In this document: positions 35,589 to 47,153 of the stretch, one piece after another
Position numbering within the stretch: the stretch's first letter is position 1
How the letters are laid out: each line of letters starts with the position of its first letter
From: Elsinoe ampelina
Lineage: Eukaryota
Assembly: GCA_010093995.1 (NCBI GenBank)
Contig: ML992505.1
Coordinates: 164,921-228,920, forward strand
Direction: 5' to 3'
DNA length: 64,000 bases
Notes under the pieces: generated by a model
The model's database searches: none
The model's input: only the letters and a program-made list of their open reading frames with translations
Told to the model about the DNA's origin: nothing
Position numbers and translations under genes: made by a program

Positions 35589-37508
35589 ATGGTGGAACGA
35601 GAAGAGAAGGAAGAAAGAGAGGAGAGAGAAGACAAGGGCATATCCACAAATGTCTCGTCACTCACAAATAGCTCCACAAATACTACAGACGATACGGAGA
35701 GTGTAGAGTCTCAATCACATCATTCGATACCGGACTACACTGGCGATGCACCCGAACTGCAACTTACCCCACATATTTCTCGCGTGTCGAGTAGAAGGCA
35801 AATAGAAACAGCAAGGAGATCAAAGACAGATATATCGCTGAAGAGGACAAAGACGACACAAACGACAGGGACGACACAAACGACCTCGGATCCGCTGTTC
35901 GAGATCGACTTTGAAGAAGATGACAAGCGCAACCCTCACAACTGGCCACTATGGTACAAAGCAATCATTATTGCCACCATGAGTTTTGGCACAACCACGG
36001 TGGTCTTGTACTCCACATCGTACACTTCGCCCATTCCTGGTCTGATAGCAGAGTTTGGTATCGACGAGCAGATCGGCATCTTGGGAGTCACCACATACCT
36101 CCTGGGCCTGGCAGTAGGATCCATCATCCTTGCGCCTCTGTCCGAAATGTACGGTCGTCGCCCCGTCTACATCATCAGTATGGGATGCTTCATCGTCCTT
36201 CTCCTCCCTTGCGCGCTGGCCAAGAACTTTGCAGCCATTCTCGCCACACGCTTCTTTGGAGCCTTTGCGGCAGCGGCCATGATTTCGAATGCCCCTGGAT
36301 CCGTATCAGATATCATCGACGAGGAATACAGGGCATTGGCCTTTTCAGTCTGGAGTATCGGCCCCATGAACGGCCCCGTCTTTGGACCAATTGTCGGCGG
36401 CTTCGTCTTCCAATACATGGGCTGGCGATGGACGTACTGGATTGTCATGATTCTCGCCGGCGCTGCCTGGGTCCTCATCAGCATTGTCCCCGAGACATAC
36501 ACCCCCTCCATCCTCCGCGCCCGAGCAGCAGCCAAACGCAAAGAAACCGGCGACGACCGCTGGTATTGCCGCTACGACGACAAAAAGAGCTTCTGGCCGC
36601 TCCTCAAAGTCAACCTCTCCCGCCCCTTCATCATGACCGTCACCGAACCCATCCTCATCTTCTGGGACGTCTACATCGCCATCGTCTACGGCATCCTCTA
36701 CCTCTGCTTCGTCGCCTACCCCATCGTCTTCTCCCAAAACCGGGGCTGGGCCCCGGGCGTCTCCGGCCTCGCCTTCTGCGGCATCGGCGTCGGCTCCCTG
36801 ATCGTCATCTGCTGCGAACCCCTCATCCGCCGCGTGATCAACAACCACAAACCCGACCCGGAAACCGGCAAACCCCCTCCCGAAGCCATGGTTTTCCCCG
36901 TCTGCATAGCCAGCATCCTCATGCCCGTGGGCGAGCTCTGGTTCGCCTGGTCCTGCACCCCAAACGTCCACTACATCGTGCCCATCATCGCCGGCGTCCC
37001 CTTCGGCGCGGGCTGCACCGCCATCTTCATCTACGCGTCCAATTACCTCGTTTACTCGTACGGTATATACGCCGCGTCTGCGCTGGCGGGCAACGCTGTG
37101 TTGCGATCCGTGTTGGGCGCCACCCTCCCCCTCGCTGGCCCCGCGCTGTATCGCACGATGGGCAGCAATTGGGCCGGCACCTTCCTCGCGGGACTGGAAT
37201 TCATATGCATCCCTATCCCGTTCATCTTCTATCGCTACGGAGGCAGGATCAGGATGAAGAGCAGTCTCATCCGGAGCATGCAGGAGGATAAAGAGAAGCA
37301 GGAGCGGAAACGCAAGAGGGCGTTGGAGAGGTTGGCGAGGGAGGGGGAGGAGGTGGCGGGGGTTGTCGGGGACGCATTCGACAAGGATTTTGAGAAGGAC
37401 TTGGAGAATAGGTTGGAGGCGGAGGCGAGGGTGGGGGAGGTGGCGGAGACGGGGGCGGCGGTGGATGAGGTGGATGCTGAGAAGGGACGGGTAAGGAAGA
37501 GACGATAG
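35589..37508 (+). CDS. MFS drug:H+ antiporter (DHA1 family)
   Basis: NPHNWP, APLSEMYGRRPVY, RFFGA, GPVFGPIVGG, WRWTYW, PETY, TEPI; about 12 TM segments; intronless. Confidence 0.93.
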   Translation: MVEREEKEEREEREDKGISTNVSSLTNSSTNTTDDTESVESQSHHSIPDYTGDAPELQLTPHISRVSSRRQIETARRSKTDISLKRTKTTQTTGTTQTTSDPLFEIDFEEDDKRNPHNWPLWYKAIIIATMSFGTTTVVLYSTSYTSPIPGLIAEFGIDEQIGILGVTTYLLGLAVGSIILAPLSEMYGRRPVYIISMGCFIVLLLPCALAKNFAAILATRFFGAFAAAAMISNAPGSVSDIIDEEYRALAFSVWSIGPMNGPVFGPIVGGFVFQYMGWRWTYWIVMILAGAAWVLISIVPETYTPSILRARAAAKRKETGDDRWYCRYDDKKSFWPLLKVNLSRPFIMTVTEPILIFWDVYIAIVYGILYLCFVAYPIVFSQNRGWAPGVSGLAFCGIGVGSLIVICCEPLIRRVINNHKPDPETGKPPPEAMVFPVCIASILMPVGELWFAWSCTPNVHYIVPIIAGVPFGAGCTAIFIYASNYLVYSYGIYAASALAGNAVLRSVLGATLPLAGPALYRTMGSNWAGTFLAGLEFICIPIPFIFYRYGGRIRMKSSLIRSMQEDKEKQERKRKRALERLAREGEEVAGVVGDAFDKDFEKDLENRLEAEARVGEVAETGAAVDEVDAEKGRVRKRR

Positions 37509-37733
37509 GTCGGTCGGACGGGGATTGGGGATGGGACGTGTATTGGATACCAGCTCCGGAAGCGAGGCGTTGGGCGATACCTAGATTGGCATATCACTGG
37601 TTGTTCATGAATGTGTAGACGGCAGTGGAAATCACGAGCGTCGTACTCGACACGATTGTGCATTCTCGATCATGAGTCTTGGTCTCGCAAGTGATGGGGT
37701 ATCTCTCCTTTCCGCATAGACGTCGTGGCAAGG

Positions 37734-39947
37734 TCACGTCACCCCGAATCTCTGCCTGATCCATTCGACCCAGACACCGACATGTCCTGTCACCTCCAAC
37801 GCCCTCGCCATCTTCCTTATAGCCTCTAGTGCCAGGTTGTCAACATCCATGCCATCTGTGCCGTTGTCCAACCCATTGCCGCTTGTTTCGTCTGGTACAA
37901 TGTCTTGTCCTACGATGGCGATCTGGCCGTCTGTGCCGACGGATAAACTTATGCTACCCAGTCTGTCTCCAACGGGGAAGAAGAACCCCATCGTTGGTGT
38001 GGGGGCAATCACGCTCATGGTGATATCGATGGGTACAATGTCTGCTTCTGCACTCTCGGCAGGGCTCCCTCCGTTCAGAAGAGCGTCTAGAGCCAATTTC
38101 TTGCCACTCGCTAGCTTCTTTGACTGCGTCTTTGGCAGCCCTGACTTTGCCGCTTGTTTTGGCGCTATTGTCGTAGGCGAGACTGGTGCAGGGAAGGCGG
38201 ACTTGAGGATAGTCCCGAATGAGACCCATTGGCGTAATGTCGGCAAGATGGCTACGATTTGACGTGGGTGGGAGAAAGGTATTTCTTTCAAGGTGTATCC
38301 GTAATCCACCTTAGGAACGTACAGCCTGGTCCTGTGCGGAACGTCCTTGGCAGAATCTGGTCTTTGAACAAAGGTCTTTTGCTCGGAGACGGCGACCACT
38401 TCGTTAAAACTCTGTCGCGTCGTCGTTGGAAGATCAAGGAGGGTCGTCTCGTAAAGCTGAAGTGTCTCGGAGATGTTGAGTGAAGACGTTCCGCATGCCT
38501 GAAGTATTTGTGTTGCCACAGTGTATGGCATGACGACGGGAGGATGCAGATATGCCACAAATCGGACTTCTGGCTGTTTCACCGAAGGATCGACTGAGAG
38601 AGCATCATTGTTCTCTTTCGATGGCTGTACGAGAGTTGGTTCAGGTTCCAGCCAATCCAAGGTGGGTTTATCAGAGATGAGATCGGTGGGATCTGTACTT
38701 TCTTCGACAGGCTTCAGCACACGATCCGAGATCCAGTCCTTTGATATCCTGATGGATGGAAAAGTGGCCGGGTCGCTGCTCTCGACAGTCAATTCCAGCG
38801 AGTGCAATCCTTCTGCATGAGCCTGTTGGCCAGTTGCTGTTTGTTTCCAGTAGTCCAAGCTGAATCCCACTCTGCCTCCTACGTGCATTCCTGGACGACC
38901 ACTTCTCTTATTCATCACATCTCTCTCGACACTTTGCGCTTGATTGGTGTCCGTGTCCGAGTATAATGCAATTGCAATTTGCTTCTCGTGCTCGTACAGC
39001 TTCTTCAAGCTCTGGTGAATACCAGTGAGGGCGTCGACGCAATTGAGAGTCTGTGAGCTGAGCTTGTCCAGCGTGGCGAGACGTTGTAGATTGCTGGCAA
39101 AATCATCGAGTCGGGTGTTGATCAAAGCAACGTTGTCCTTTGCGGCCAGATCATGCTTGAGCACTTCTGCAGCACCCGAGGCATGGGCCAATACCGCTTC
39201 ATCCTCACTGTTGAATGTGACCTCGACCTTGCTCGGTTTGTGGTTCGCGAATGCCAGATCGATGAGAACGGCATTCCTCCCTGCAATGACAATCGGTCTG
39301 TTCCCCTCCCACTCTTTGCCCTCGTACCTGTTTTCGACTTCAACATCCAGTCCAGCCCATCGTCCGACTCTTCGAACGCCCTCATCACTGACTCGTCCCA
39401 TTCCTGAGCGATTCATCCCTCGTGTCGGTCCACGCCCGCCCAATCTGTCCAACACACCTTTCAGCTTCTTCCGTCTTTCCTCATCTTCGTCTCGTTTTCC
39501 CCGATCCTGCAGACTTATGCCCATACTGCTTAAGCTGATATCCATACCCACGCCCCCCATTCCAGTGAGGCCGGAGCCTGGATCGCCGATAGCAGGTGTA
39601 CCCATGCCCATACCGTCGAGCATCATACCAGCTGGACTTGCAAAGTTCAAGCCGTGGCCAAGATGGTGATTATGCGGACTCACACCTTCAATCTTAATGC
39701 CAGCGTTGTTAATGCCCAGTCCGGCTGCAGCGCCGGTTCTAGCTCCTCCGGACGTGTTCGAGGCTTGGGAGAGGGAGGGAGCCATTTGGACACCACCGGG
39801 TAGCTGCTTAGGCTGTTTCGCAGACACAGAAGATGCATGCTGCCGATTGAGAGCCGGCGAGGGTACAGAGCGCGGAGTGGCGCCCGTGTGGGAAGGTGTC
39901 GCATGCCTAGCTGCGTGACCAAGGGGAGCTGGTGTTGGTGTTGACAT
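37734..39947 (-). CDS. MED1: Mediator of RNA polymerase II transcription subunit 1
   Basis: 737-aa ORF; FASNLQRLATLDKLS, GRPGMHVGGRVGFSLDYW, RFVAYLHPPVVMP, IPFSHPRQI...LRQ resemble fungal Med1. Confidence 0.8.
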   Translation of the reverse strand: MSTPTPAPLGHAARHATPSHTGATPRSVPSPALNRQHASSVSAKQPKQLPGGVQMAPSLSQASNTSGGARTGAAAGLGINNAGIKIEGVSPHNHHLGHGLNFASPAGMMLDGMGMGTPAIGDPGSGLTGMGGVGMDISLSSMGISLQDRGKRDEDEERRKKLKGVLDRLGGRGPTRGMNRSGMGRVSDEGVRRVGRWAGLDVEVENRYEGKEWEGNRPIVIAGRNAVLIDLAFANHKPSKVEVTFNSEDEAVLAHASGAAEVLKHDLAAKDNVALINTRLDDFASNLQRLATLDKLSSQTLNCVDALTGIHQSLKKLYEHEKQIAIALYSDTDTNQAQSVERDVMNKRSGRPGMHVGGRVGFSLDYWKQTATGQQAHAEGLHSLELTVESSDPATFPSIRISKDWISDRVLKPVEESTDPTDLISDKPTLDWLEPEPTLVQPSKENNDALSVDPSVKQPEVRFVAYLHPPVVMPYTVATQILQACGTSSLNISETLQLYETTLLDLPTTTRQSFNEVVAVSEQKTFVQRPDSAKDVPHRTRLYVPKVDYGYTLKEIPFSHPRQIVAILPTLRQWVSFGTILKSAFPAPVSPTTIAPKQAAKSGLPKTQSKKLASGKKLALDALLNGGSPAESAEADIVPIDITMSVIAPTPTMGFFFPVGDRLGSISLSVGTDGQIAIVGQDIVPDETSGNGLDNGTDGMDVDNLALEAIRKMARALEVTGHVGVWVEWIRQRFGVT

Positions 39948-40448
39948 AATGATAGGTTCGAGGATGTGTCACCGCCTGTGGAGCCCGTGCCACACTGGGC
40001 GATCTGTTAGAGGGAATTAGCTCGATAGCGCACCCATCTGTATGGTCTGAAGTGAAACCTTGTGTTGAAAGAATGCAATGCCAGAGTGAGAGAAGTGAAT
40101 TATGCCTGAGCGCAAGTCGATCGTGGAACTGGAGAGGGAAGCGGAACATTTCCGGCCCATCGCCTTCTTCCACCACTTTTCATGTGCGATGTATACCAAC
40201 GCAGATTCCACGCTCGTTACTCATCGATTAATAGATCGTACGGTGGATGGCAGCATAGTCAAGTACACGACCAATGTCAGCTGTAGTGAAATATAGCAGA
40301 AGACGAAAAAGGTCGATTGCATCAAAGCTATGGACAATTAGAGCATGCGTCAATGCCCTGCTCGTGGGTTCTGATCCTCGCTGATCAGCATGTACCTTCG
40401 GAATGGAATCAAGTGCACGCTCGTAAATCAATCGCCAGAACACCACGT

Positions 40449-42084
40449 CTATGGCATCTTGGACTCGATAGTGGTCTCGGTGTCCACGGCTTCGGTCTTG
40501 AGGGCCCTCTTGGCGAGGTCGACGCCCTCAACCTTGCCGCAAAGAGTCTCGACGATCATGCCGGTGATCTGGTATGGATCACCATTGGAAGCCGGACGGC
40601 GGTCCTCGAAGTATCCCTTGCCTTCCTCGGCACATGACCTGTTGACACGGACTGATGAGCCACGGTTGGCAACACCCCATGAAAACTTGTCATATGAAGC
40701 CGTCTCGTGTCTGCCAGTCATTCTTGCCTCATTGCCCTCACCATACACCTTCATGTGCTCGGCGTGGCGTTCGGCGAGCTTTGGCATGGCCGCCTCGATG
40801 GCCTTCATGCCACCCTCCTCACGCATTTCCTTGGTGGAGACGTTGGTATGGAGACCAGCTCCGTTCCAGTCACCGGGAATGGGCTTGGGGTTGAAAGTGA
40901 CCTTGACGCCGAATTCCTCGGCAACACGGTGGAGGAGGAAGCGGGACATCCAGAGGTCGTCACCCATATCGATGCCGGTGCAAGGGCCAACTTGGTACTC
41001 CCACTGGGCGGGCATGACCTCGGCATTGGTGCCGGAGATGTTGATGCCGGCGTACAGGCAGGCCTTGTAGTGGGCCTCTACAATGTCTCTGCAGAAGACC
41101 TTGCCAGTGCCGACACCACAGTAGTATGGGCCCTGAGGAGCTGGGAAGCCTCCCTTGGGCCAGCCGTATGGCCACCCGTTGGTGTCAAGGAGTGTGTATT
41201 CCTGCTCGAGACCGAACCAGAACTCATGCTTGGCGTTGGCGGCCATGAGCTTGGCTGCGTCGCATCGGAAGTTGAAGGCGTTGGGTGAGCCGTCGGACAT
41301 CCATGTCTCGCAGAGCACGAGGATGTTGTCGCCAAGACGGAAGGGATCGGGGTAGTATGCCACAGGACGGAGGTAGACATCCGAGTTGTTGCCGGGGGCC
41401 TGTTCGGTCGAGGAACCGTCAAAGTTCCATTCGGGGAGGTCCTTGACGGAGCCAGGGGACTTCTTCAGGGTCTAGAATCACAATGCGGTCAGCTTCAGGA
41501 ATCTAGAAACTTGGCTGAATGACGCAGCTACAGGTACGTAGCAAGTAGAGACGGTCTCGGGCATTGTGCAGAACGTTGGTGTCGAGCTTGGTTGGGTTGC
41601 GGCCAGTCACGGCTCACGGGTTGATCGGGCTGGGTGTTCGGCGCAACGCAAGCGTCAAAGCAAACGTAACGGAATGGTCGATTGTTGGGAACGCCTGCGC
41701 CATTGTCGTGCAGCCCTGCGGCAATCCCTGCGTTGATGCGTATCGTATCTGCACCGGCAGTCCGAGAGCCACCAGTCCGTATTCGACCGTGAGAGAGAGA
41801 TAAGGAATAGATGGAGGCTTACCCTTGACTTTGAGCGCGGATTGTTGTTTGCGTCAATCCAGACATATTCGGCAATGATGGAGCCTTTCTGAGGGAGCTG
41901 GAGGAACTTTTGGAGCTGTGAGGTGTGTCAGAATGAGCTCTCATACTGTAGCGAGGGATGCGACGTACGTTTGCAGTGTTTGAAATGTAGACACTGGTGT
42001 CGGCCTGTCGAGAGAGTGTTAGCAATCGTGTGACTTCTTCCGCGGCTGCAATTCGCGACTCGCGGCGGGGCAGAGCCGTACCAT
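40449..42084 (-). CDS. GLN1: Glutamine synthetase (GSII); first coding exon is ATG only; 3 introns in the 5' part
   Basis: [75 protein letters not shown]. Confidence 0.97.
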
Positions 42085-43352
42085 TGTGATTGTAGGAGCG
42101 ATGTCGGAGGGGTGCTTCTTGAGCTGTTTTGTGGTGATTCTCTGAGGATAGTGGTACGGTCGTGTTGCAGAGAGCTGGTAGAAGACTTTGAGAGTTTCGA
42201 GAGGTCAAATTTGAGTGTGTAGAAGGAAGAATGCAAGTGGGAAGATGTCAAAGATAACGAATGTCGGGTGCAGGCCAGGAAGTATTTGAACCTGAACGGA
42301 GCTCTGACGCACTGACGCACTCAGTTGACTTTCAGTTGAGGGCCCCAATCGCTCCGGAAACACTCCCACGTCCCCAAAGTCTGTGGCTAGTGAGCTGGCC
42401 CTGATTATCCCGCTTCCCTCGCAGAGTGAGCAAAATCAATTACTGGCCGGCAGATTGGTCGAGATTATGAGACCCTTGCTCCTCACGAACTGCAGGAACA
42501 AAGAGGCTCTTTCTTTTAAAGGTATTGGCATCACGCGATTCCTTTGGAAGACACAAATTAGTCGCGCACAACACGAGCAACACAGTCATGTCCCACCTCA
42601 CTATAAAATGCCTCACGTTGTACATGGCTCACATCTTTTCCCACGCCGACCGCTTCGATTGCCAGAGCCATCTCCACGGCAGATCCACCTCTTCATGGTG
42701 GCAGCCACGCCGTCACCCCCGCGAAAGAAGATGAAGCCAGAACCGGCAAAAATAGATAAGCCCCACGTCAGTCAATGTCACTTACTGACGGTGTGAAAGA
42801 GCGCATGTCACTGCCTTCTGCCATAGCCGTGTTTCGTTCACCGTCGTTGAGAATCTGGTCCGGAGAAAAGCTTCACTTTGGAGCATACTAAACGTAACAA
42901 GAACTCGGCACACGAGCAACGTACGACAAGTATACGGGCCCAAGATGAAACTGGTCAAAGACATTCTTCGTTATGCTGGAAGCGGCGCAGAAGTGGCAGA
43001 ACAAACGCCTCCGACTGGCCACGCCTCGACACTCCTTATCTGCAGCCAATCAAACTCATCTACCTCCGGCTTTTGATCATGTAACTCAATCCGACACCTG
43101 TGGCGGTGCACTATTCGTCCCCTCGTGCGACTGAACTTTGGCCTGGGGTTCTGTTGACGTGTGAGTCTCACAACGTGCAGCAACCATTTCTATTCCCGAC
43201 AAGCTTTGCCTTCTCCTGACCCGACACTTTGGATAGCTCGAGCTGGTGCAGTCGGAGATGGCAGTGTGACGAAATGTGGGTATCTTCCAGACCTATATTC
43301 AACGCCTGTCAATGCTCCCACTAACTTAGAGTCTGTTCTGCGGCTCTCGATC

Positions 43353-44203
43353 TCAATCCAAGAATCCCATTTCCTCATCCAGAACTTGCTTGATCGTGTT
43401 CGACTTGCGATGCGCCCCGCTGTTCACAGGCGGCCATGACTGCACCTTGTGCCTGACCTCTTCCAGCTCATCGAGAGCCTGAGCCAAGGCGCTATCCTAG
43501 TCAGCTGGAGTGTCTGTGGCCTGCAGACTAGTCACCTACTCCGACCGTCCATGGATCACGTATCCTTGCTGCGCTAGTACTTCTGCCAATTCCACCTGGT
43601 GGTTGTCCAACAATTCCTCGTTCGGTACCACAATGATAGGTATCGCCAATCGCATTGCGGACAGAATCGTTCCAGTACCTGAAAAGTCAGTGTCTTGCTT
43701 GCGGATCCTGTACATGCGGAAGAATTGGTATCTCCAAGCTGCTCCAAGCTGGAGTATTTCAACCCATCCGCGGACTGCGTGCGCCACAAACAAAAGTGCA
43801 CGCGAATAATGATTGGTATTGCACAAGACTCACCGGCGTGACTTATGATACAGCCTTCCCTGGATTCGGAATCCTTACCCGCCTTTGCTCTCTTCATGTA
43901 TAGGTCGAGCCCATTGGTATCCACTGGGAAGCCTTCTATTTTGATACCGAAGAGCGTTGAGGAATCTACATCAGGTGACACCGAGCGTGCTTGCGCCTGA
44001 CACGATTCAAACAAGTCGTCTCCGCCTGCCCCGAATTGTACCACAAGATCGGTATAGTGGTGGCGTTTGAGTGCTTGTAGGAAGTCCGGCCTTAGCACTG
44101 CTCGGACAAGTCCTTCAAATGCCGCCGTGGCACCGATCGTGACGAAACATGTCCGTTTGATCTGTTTGGTTGCATTATCCTCGACTGTTTGTCTCGACGG
44201 CAT
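43353..44203 (-). CDS. ALG13: UDP-GlcNAc transferase subunit Alg13 (GT28 C-terminal-like); 2 introns
   Basis: CFVTIGATAAF, LVVQFG, IISHAG, GTIL...PIIVVPNEELLDNHQVELA, C-terminal WPPVNSG...EEMGFLD. Confidence 0.9.
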
Positions 44204-44373
44204 GTCAAATAATGAATGGTAACGAGTATTGTATTCGGTCAGAAGAGCAATCGAATAGCTCCGCAATGAGTTCCGACGGGAAGAGCCGCAAAGTCTAAAT
44301 TTGATAGACGCCCGTCACTCGAAGCAACTTTTCGATCACCTTCGTGCTTCAACCAAGACACACAACTCCAACA

Positions 44374-45584
44374 ATGGCGGCACCGGTATCTAGTCTGTAC
44401 CGGCAGACTCTCAGACTATCACATCGTACGCAATGGCTTTCATATCGGCAACGGCAGGTTTTATCTTCACGCCAGCAATCTCTCCTGCGTCCCTTCTCAA
44501 ACACTATTTCTCGAGCAGCGACAGAGGCATCGGAATCCGATGACAACACACCATATTTCAACGATGACTTTTTTGATCGATTGTCGCCGCCCGAAAAGTC
44601 CGTCTACCTCAAATCATCCCCCGCAGATCGCCGCGCGCAAGAAGAAGTTCACGAAATCCTGCACAACGAGCTCGGTTCAAATTCAACAGCTGGACGCGAT
44701 CTTGAAGCTCTGGTAGAGCAATACGTGAATGAGACAAAGGCTGAGATGGGAGCCGACCTTGGCGAAAGGCCAGGACGTCCCCCAAGACTACCGGAGGACT
44801 TTTCTACCATGGCCGATCCCGATCCAGAAATTGCTCCAGACGAGGAGTTCAAGGACGACGACATATCGAGCCTTGCACACGGAGAGCTGGATCAGCATCG
44901 AGAGATGCGCGAGTATATGCGCCTCGCTAGTTGGGAAATGCCTATGCTCTCGAGTTCGTTGAACCCAAACCCCATGTCTTTTTATGCTAATCATACACAG
45001 CCCTGACCACACCCTTCTCTCCACCCACATCAGCCACTCCGCTCCGATGGCGATACACTACTTATCTGGGTACCGAGCATCCCGCAGCAAACAAGGTCGT
45101 CCTTACATTCAGCCCAGCAGCCCTGGGTCTCACCCCACAGCAGACGGCAAAATTGATCAAGCTAGCTGGACCCCGCTACCAACCACACCAAGGACTGATC
45201 AAGATGTCCTCTGAATCATTTAACTCGCAGGCACAGAACAAGCGTTATCTGGGTGACACGCTCGCCAAGCTGATTGAAGAAGCCAAGAACGAGGAGGACA
45301 CGATGGAAGACATCCCATTCGACTTCAGGCATGCAAAGGAGAACGCAAGATTGCATTTTCCAAAAGAATGGAGGCTCACAAGCGAGAGGAAACTCGAACT
45401 CGAGCGAAAGAGACAAGAAGCCAAGCACGTCCCGGAAGGACAAGAGGTACCTCAGATCGTAGACGGCATCAGAGCAATCGAAGAAGGCAGATACAAGATG
45501 GTCGACGCGCTCGAACAAGCCGCCGCACAAGGAGCCACAGGCCGAGCAGCGCAAGGCATCGCAGTAAGAGGCAGAGGCCGATAG
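44374..45584 (+). CDS. RSM24: Mitochondrial small-subunit ribosomal protein S24 (mS35); intron ~44954-45000
   Basis: Arg/Ser-rich presequence; DDISSLAHGELDQHREMREYMRLASWEMP, PLRWRYTTYLG, KLAGPRY, QNKRYL, DIPFDFRH, FPKEW. Confidence 0.92.
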
Positions 45585-45618
45585 CAACATACCCAATGAC
45601 AATTCCCCACACAACCAT

Positions 45619-46320
45619 CTACCCCTGCCCGGGTACCAGAAAACTCCACGGATCCTCCTCCCTCCCCAAACGATTCCACTCCATCAACTTGGTGATATTA
45701 TACGCCTGTTCCGCACCATACACCTCCTCGATCCAAGCCAACGTCATGTCCGTCCCCGCGCTCACACCAGAACTAGTCCACACATTACCATCCACCACCC
45801 ACCGCGCCTTGGGCACCCAGTTGACCTCGGCCCCTTTACCCCGGACAAAGGCCCAGGCGTTCTTGTTCGTCGTGGCGTCGCGGCCGTCGAGGAGGCCCGC
45901 GCGGGCGAGAAGCGAGGCGCCGGTGCAGATGCTCATGAGGTAGGAGAGGTTGTTGACGTGTGTCCCGGCGGTAGTGTTGGCGCTACCGTAGCGCTCCTTT
46001 AGGAAATCTACGTAAGGCTGCGTGCCGTTTTGATTCCTCGCCTCTGCTCCGCCGGGCACGATGATGATGTCGAGGTCTTCCGGGGCTGTGGTTAGGGTGT
46101 GCGTTGGCAGGATGGTTTGGTGGAAGCCTGAGCTTATGGGGCGGGCGGATTGGAGGAAGAATGGGGAGTGGTCGATCGTCACTGGGTCTAGGGAGGTGGA
46201 GATGAGGGAGAGGGAGAGGGGTTGTTTGATGGAGAGGAGGTTGAGGGCTTGGAGGGGACCGAAGAGGTCGAGGGCTGTGAGGCCGGAGAAGATGAGGTAG
46301 CCGATGGAGAAGGTTGGCAT
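45619..46320 (-). CDS. DJ-1/PfpI family protein (isonitrile hydratase-like)
   Basis: LDLFGP, DIIIVPGG, SICTGA with nucleophile Cys, ATTNK, RWVVDGNVWTSSGVSAGTD. Confidence 0.92.
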   Translation of the reverse strand: MPTFSIGYLIFSGLTALDLFGPLQALNLLSIKQPLSLSLISTSLDPVTIDHSPFFLQSARPISSGFHQTILPTHTLTTAPEDLDIIIVPGGAEARNQNGTQPYVDFLKERYGSANTTAGTHVNNLSYLMSICTGASLLARAGLLDGRDATTNKNAWAFVRGKGAEVNWVPKARWVVDGNVWTSSGVSAGTDMTLAWIEEVYGAEQAYNITKLMEWNRLGREEDPWSFLVPGQG

Positions 46321-46778
46321 GGTGGCGAAGGGTGAGGGAGAGGTGGTGGTGGCGAGCTGTGGGACTGGGTGGGAACATATACTTAACGTGATTGATTCAT
46401 GAGACTATACCTTGGGGGTGCGAATACTGAAGATGCGTGTTTTCGTTCGTAGTGCGTTTCGGAGAACGTGCTCCGCTTTGGCAGAATTGCACTCGCATAT
46501 TTATTGTAAGCGCTGATGGATAACAAGCAGTATTGGCATCAGAATACTTGCTCAAAAGCTCTCAAAGATGGATGGTCGCTGCGTGTTGGTCGTCAAGAAG
46601 GACAGAATCTATTGGTCTGCTCCAGTCGGATTACATAACCTCGGCTATGCCCATGGTCTCTGTACAAACACAGAGCAGCACGCCCTTGAAAATGATCAGG
46701 ACCTGGCTTGCTGCAGCCCTAGGTATGCCACCTGCCTCCAAACGCATACTGTGATGTGCATCGTCGGCCTCATGACAG

Positions 46779-47153
46779 GTTGAGAAGCGCTTGGGTGACG
46801 AGGGTAGTACTGCCACTCCAGTGGAGAAGCGCACCGGAACGAGGTCGCCAATCAGTGCTCTGCCAACCAGAAGCTGGCTTGCTGCAACCAGAGAGGAGGT
46901 CTTCTTGGCTTGAACTGTATCAGCCTTGGTCTCGGTATGGAAAGGCGGATGGCTGCAACGAAAGATGTACTAAGAATGGCAGTGACCTTCCCCATTGGTC
47001 AGACCTGCTCTGGATCTGATGATACTGTTGCGCGCTGCAACAGAAACCAGCTTGTGAGTGTATTCTTACTTGACAAATACGGGAGCACCTTCTTACCATG
47101 AATAGGGTCTCACTAACCTCAACCTGTCATGCTTGCCCATCAACATTTTGTAG
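46779..47153 (+). pseudogene. Hydrophobin gene, apparently damaged (frameshift and Cys6>Arg); introns 46935-46982 and 47054-47105
   Basis: Spliced translation QCSANQKLACCNQRGGLLGLNCISLGLVTFPIGQTCSGSDDTVARCNRNQLGLTNLNLSCLPINIL*; upstream VEKR..ATPVEKR lies in a different frame. Confidence 0.75.

Noticed and set aside
35951..37291. 446-aa Arg/Pro/His-rich ORF overlapping the MFS gene
   Set aside because: Off-frame shadow of C-ending codon bias; no motifs.
35589..37508. MFS transporter and nearby methyltransferase as signs of a secondary-metabolite cluster
   Set aside because: No PKS, NRPS, terpene synthase or RiPP precursor in the window; the neighbours are housekeeping genes.
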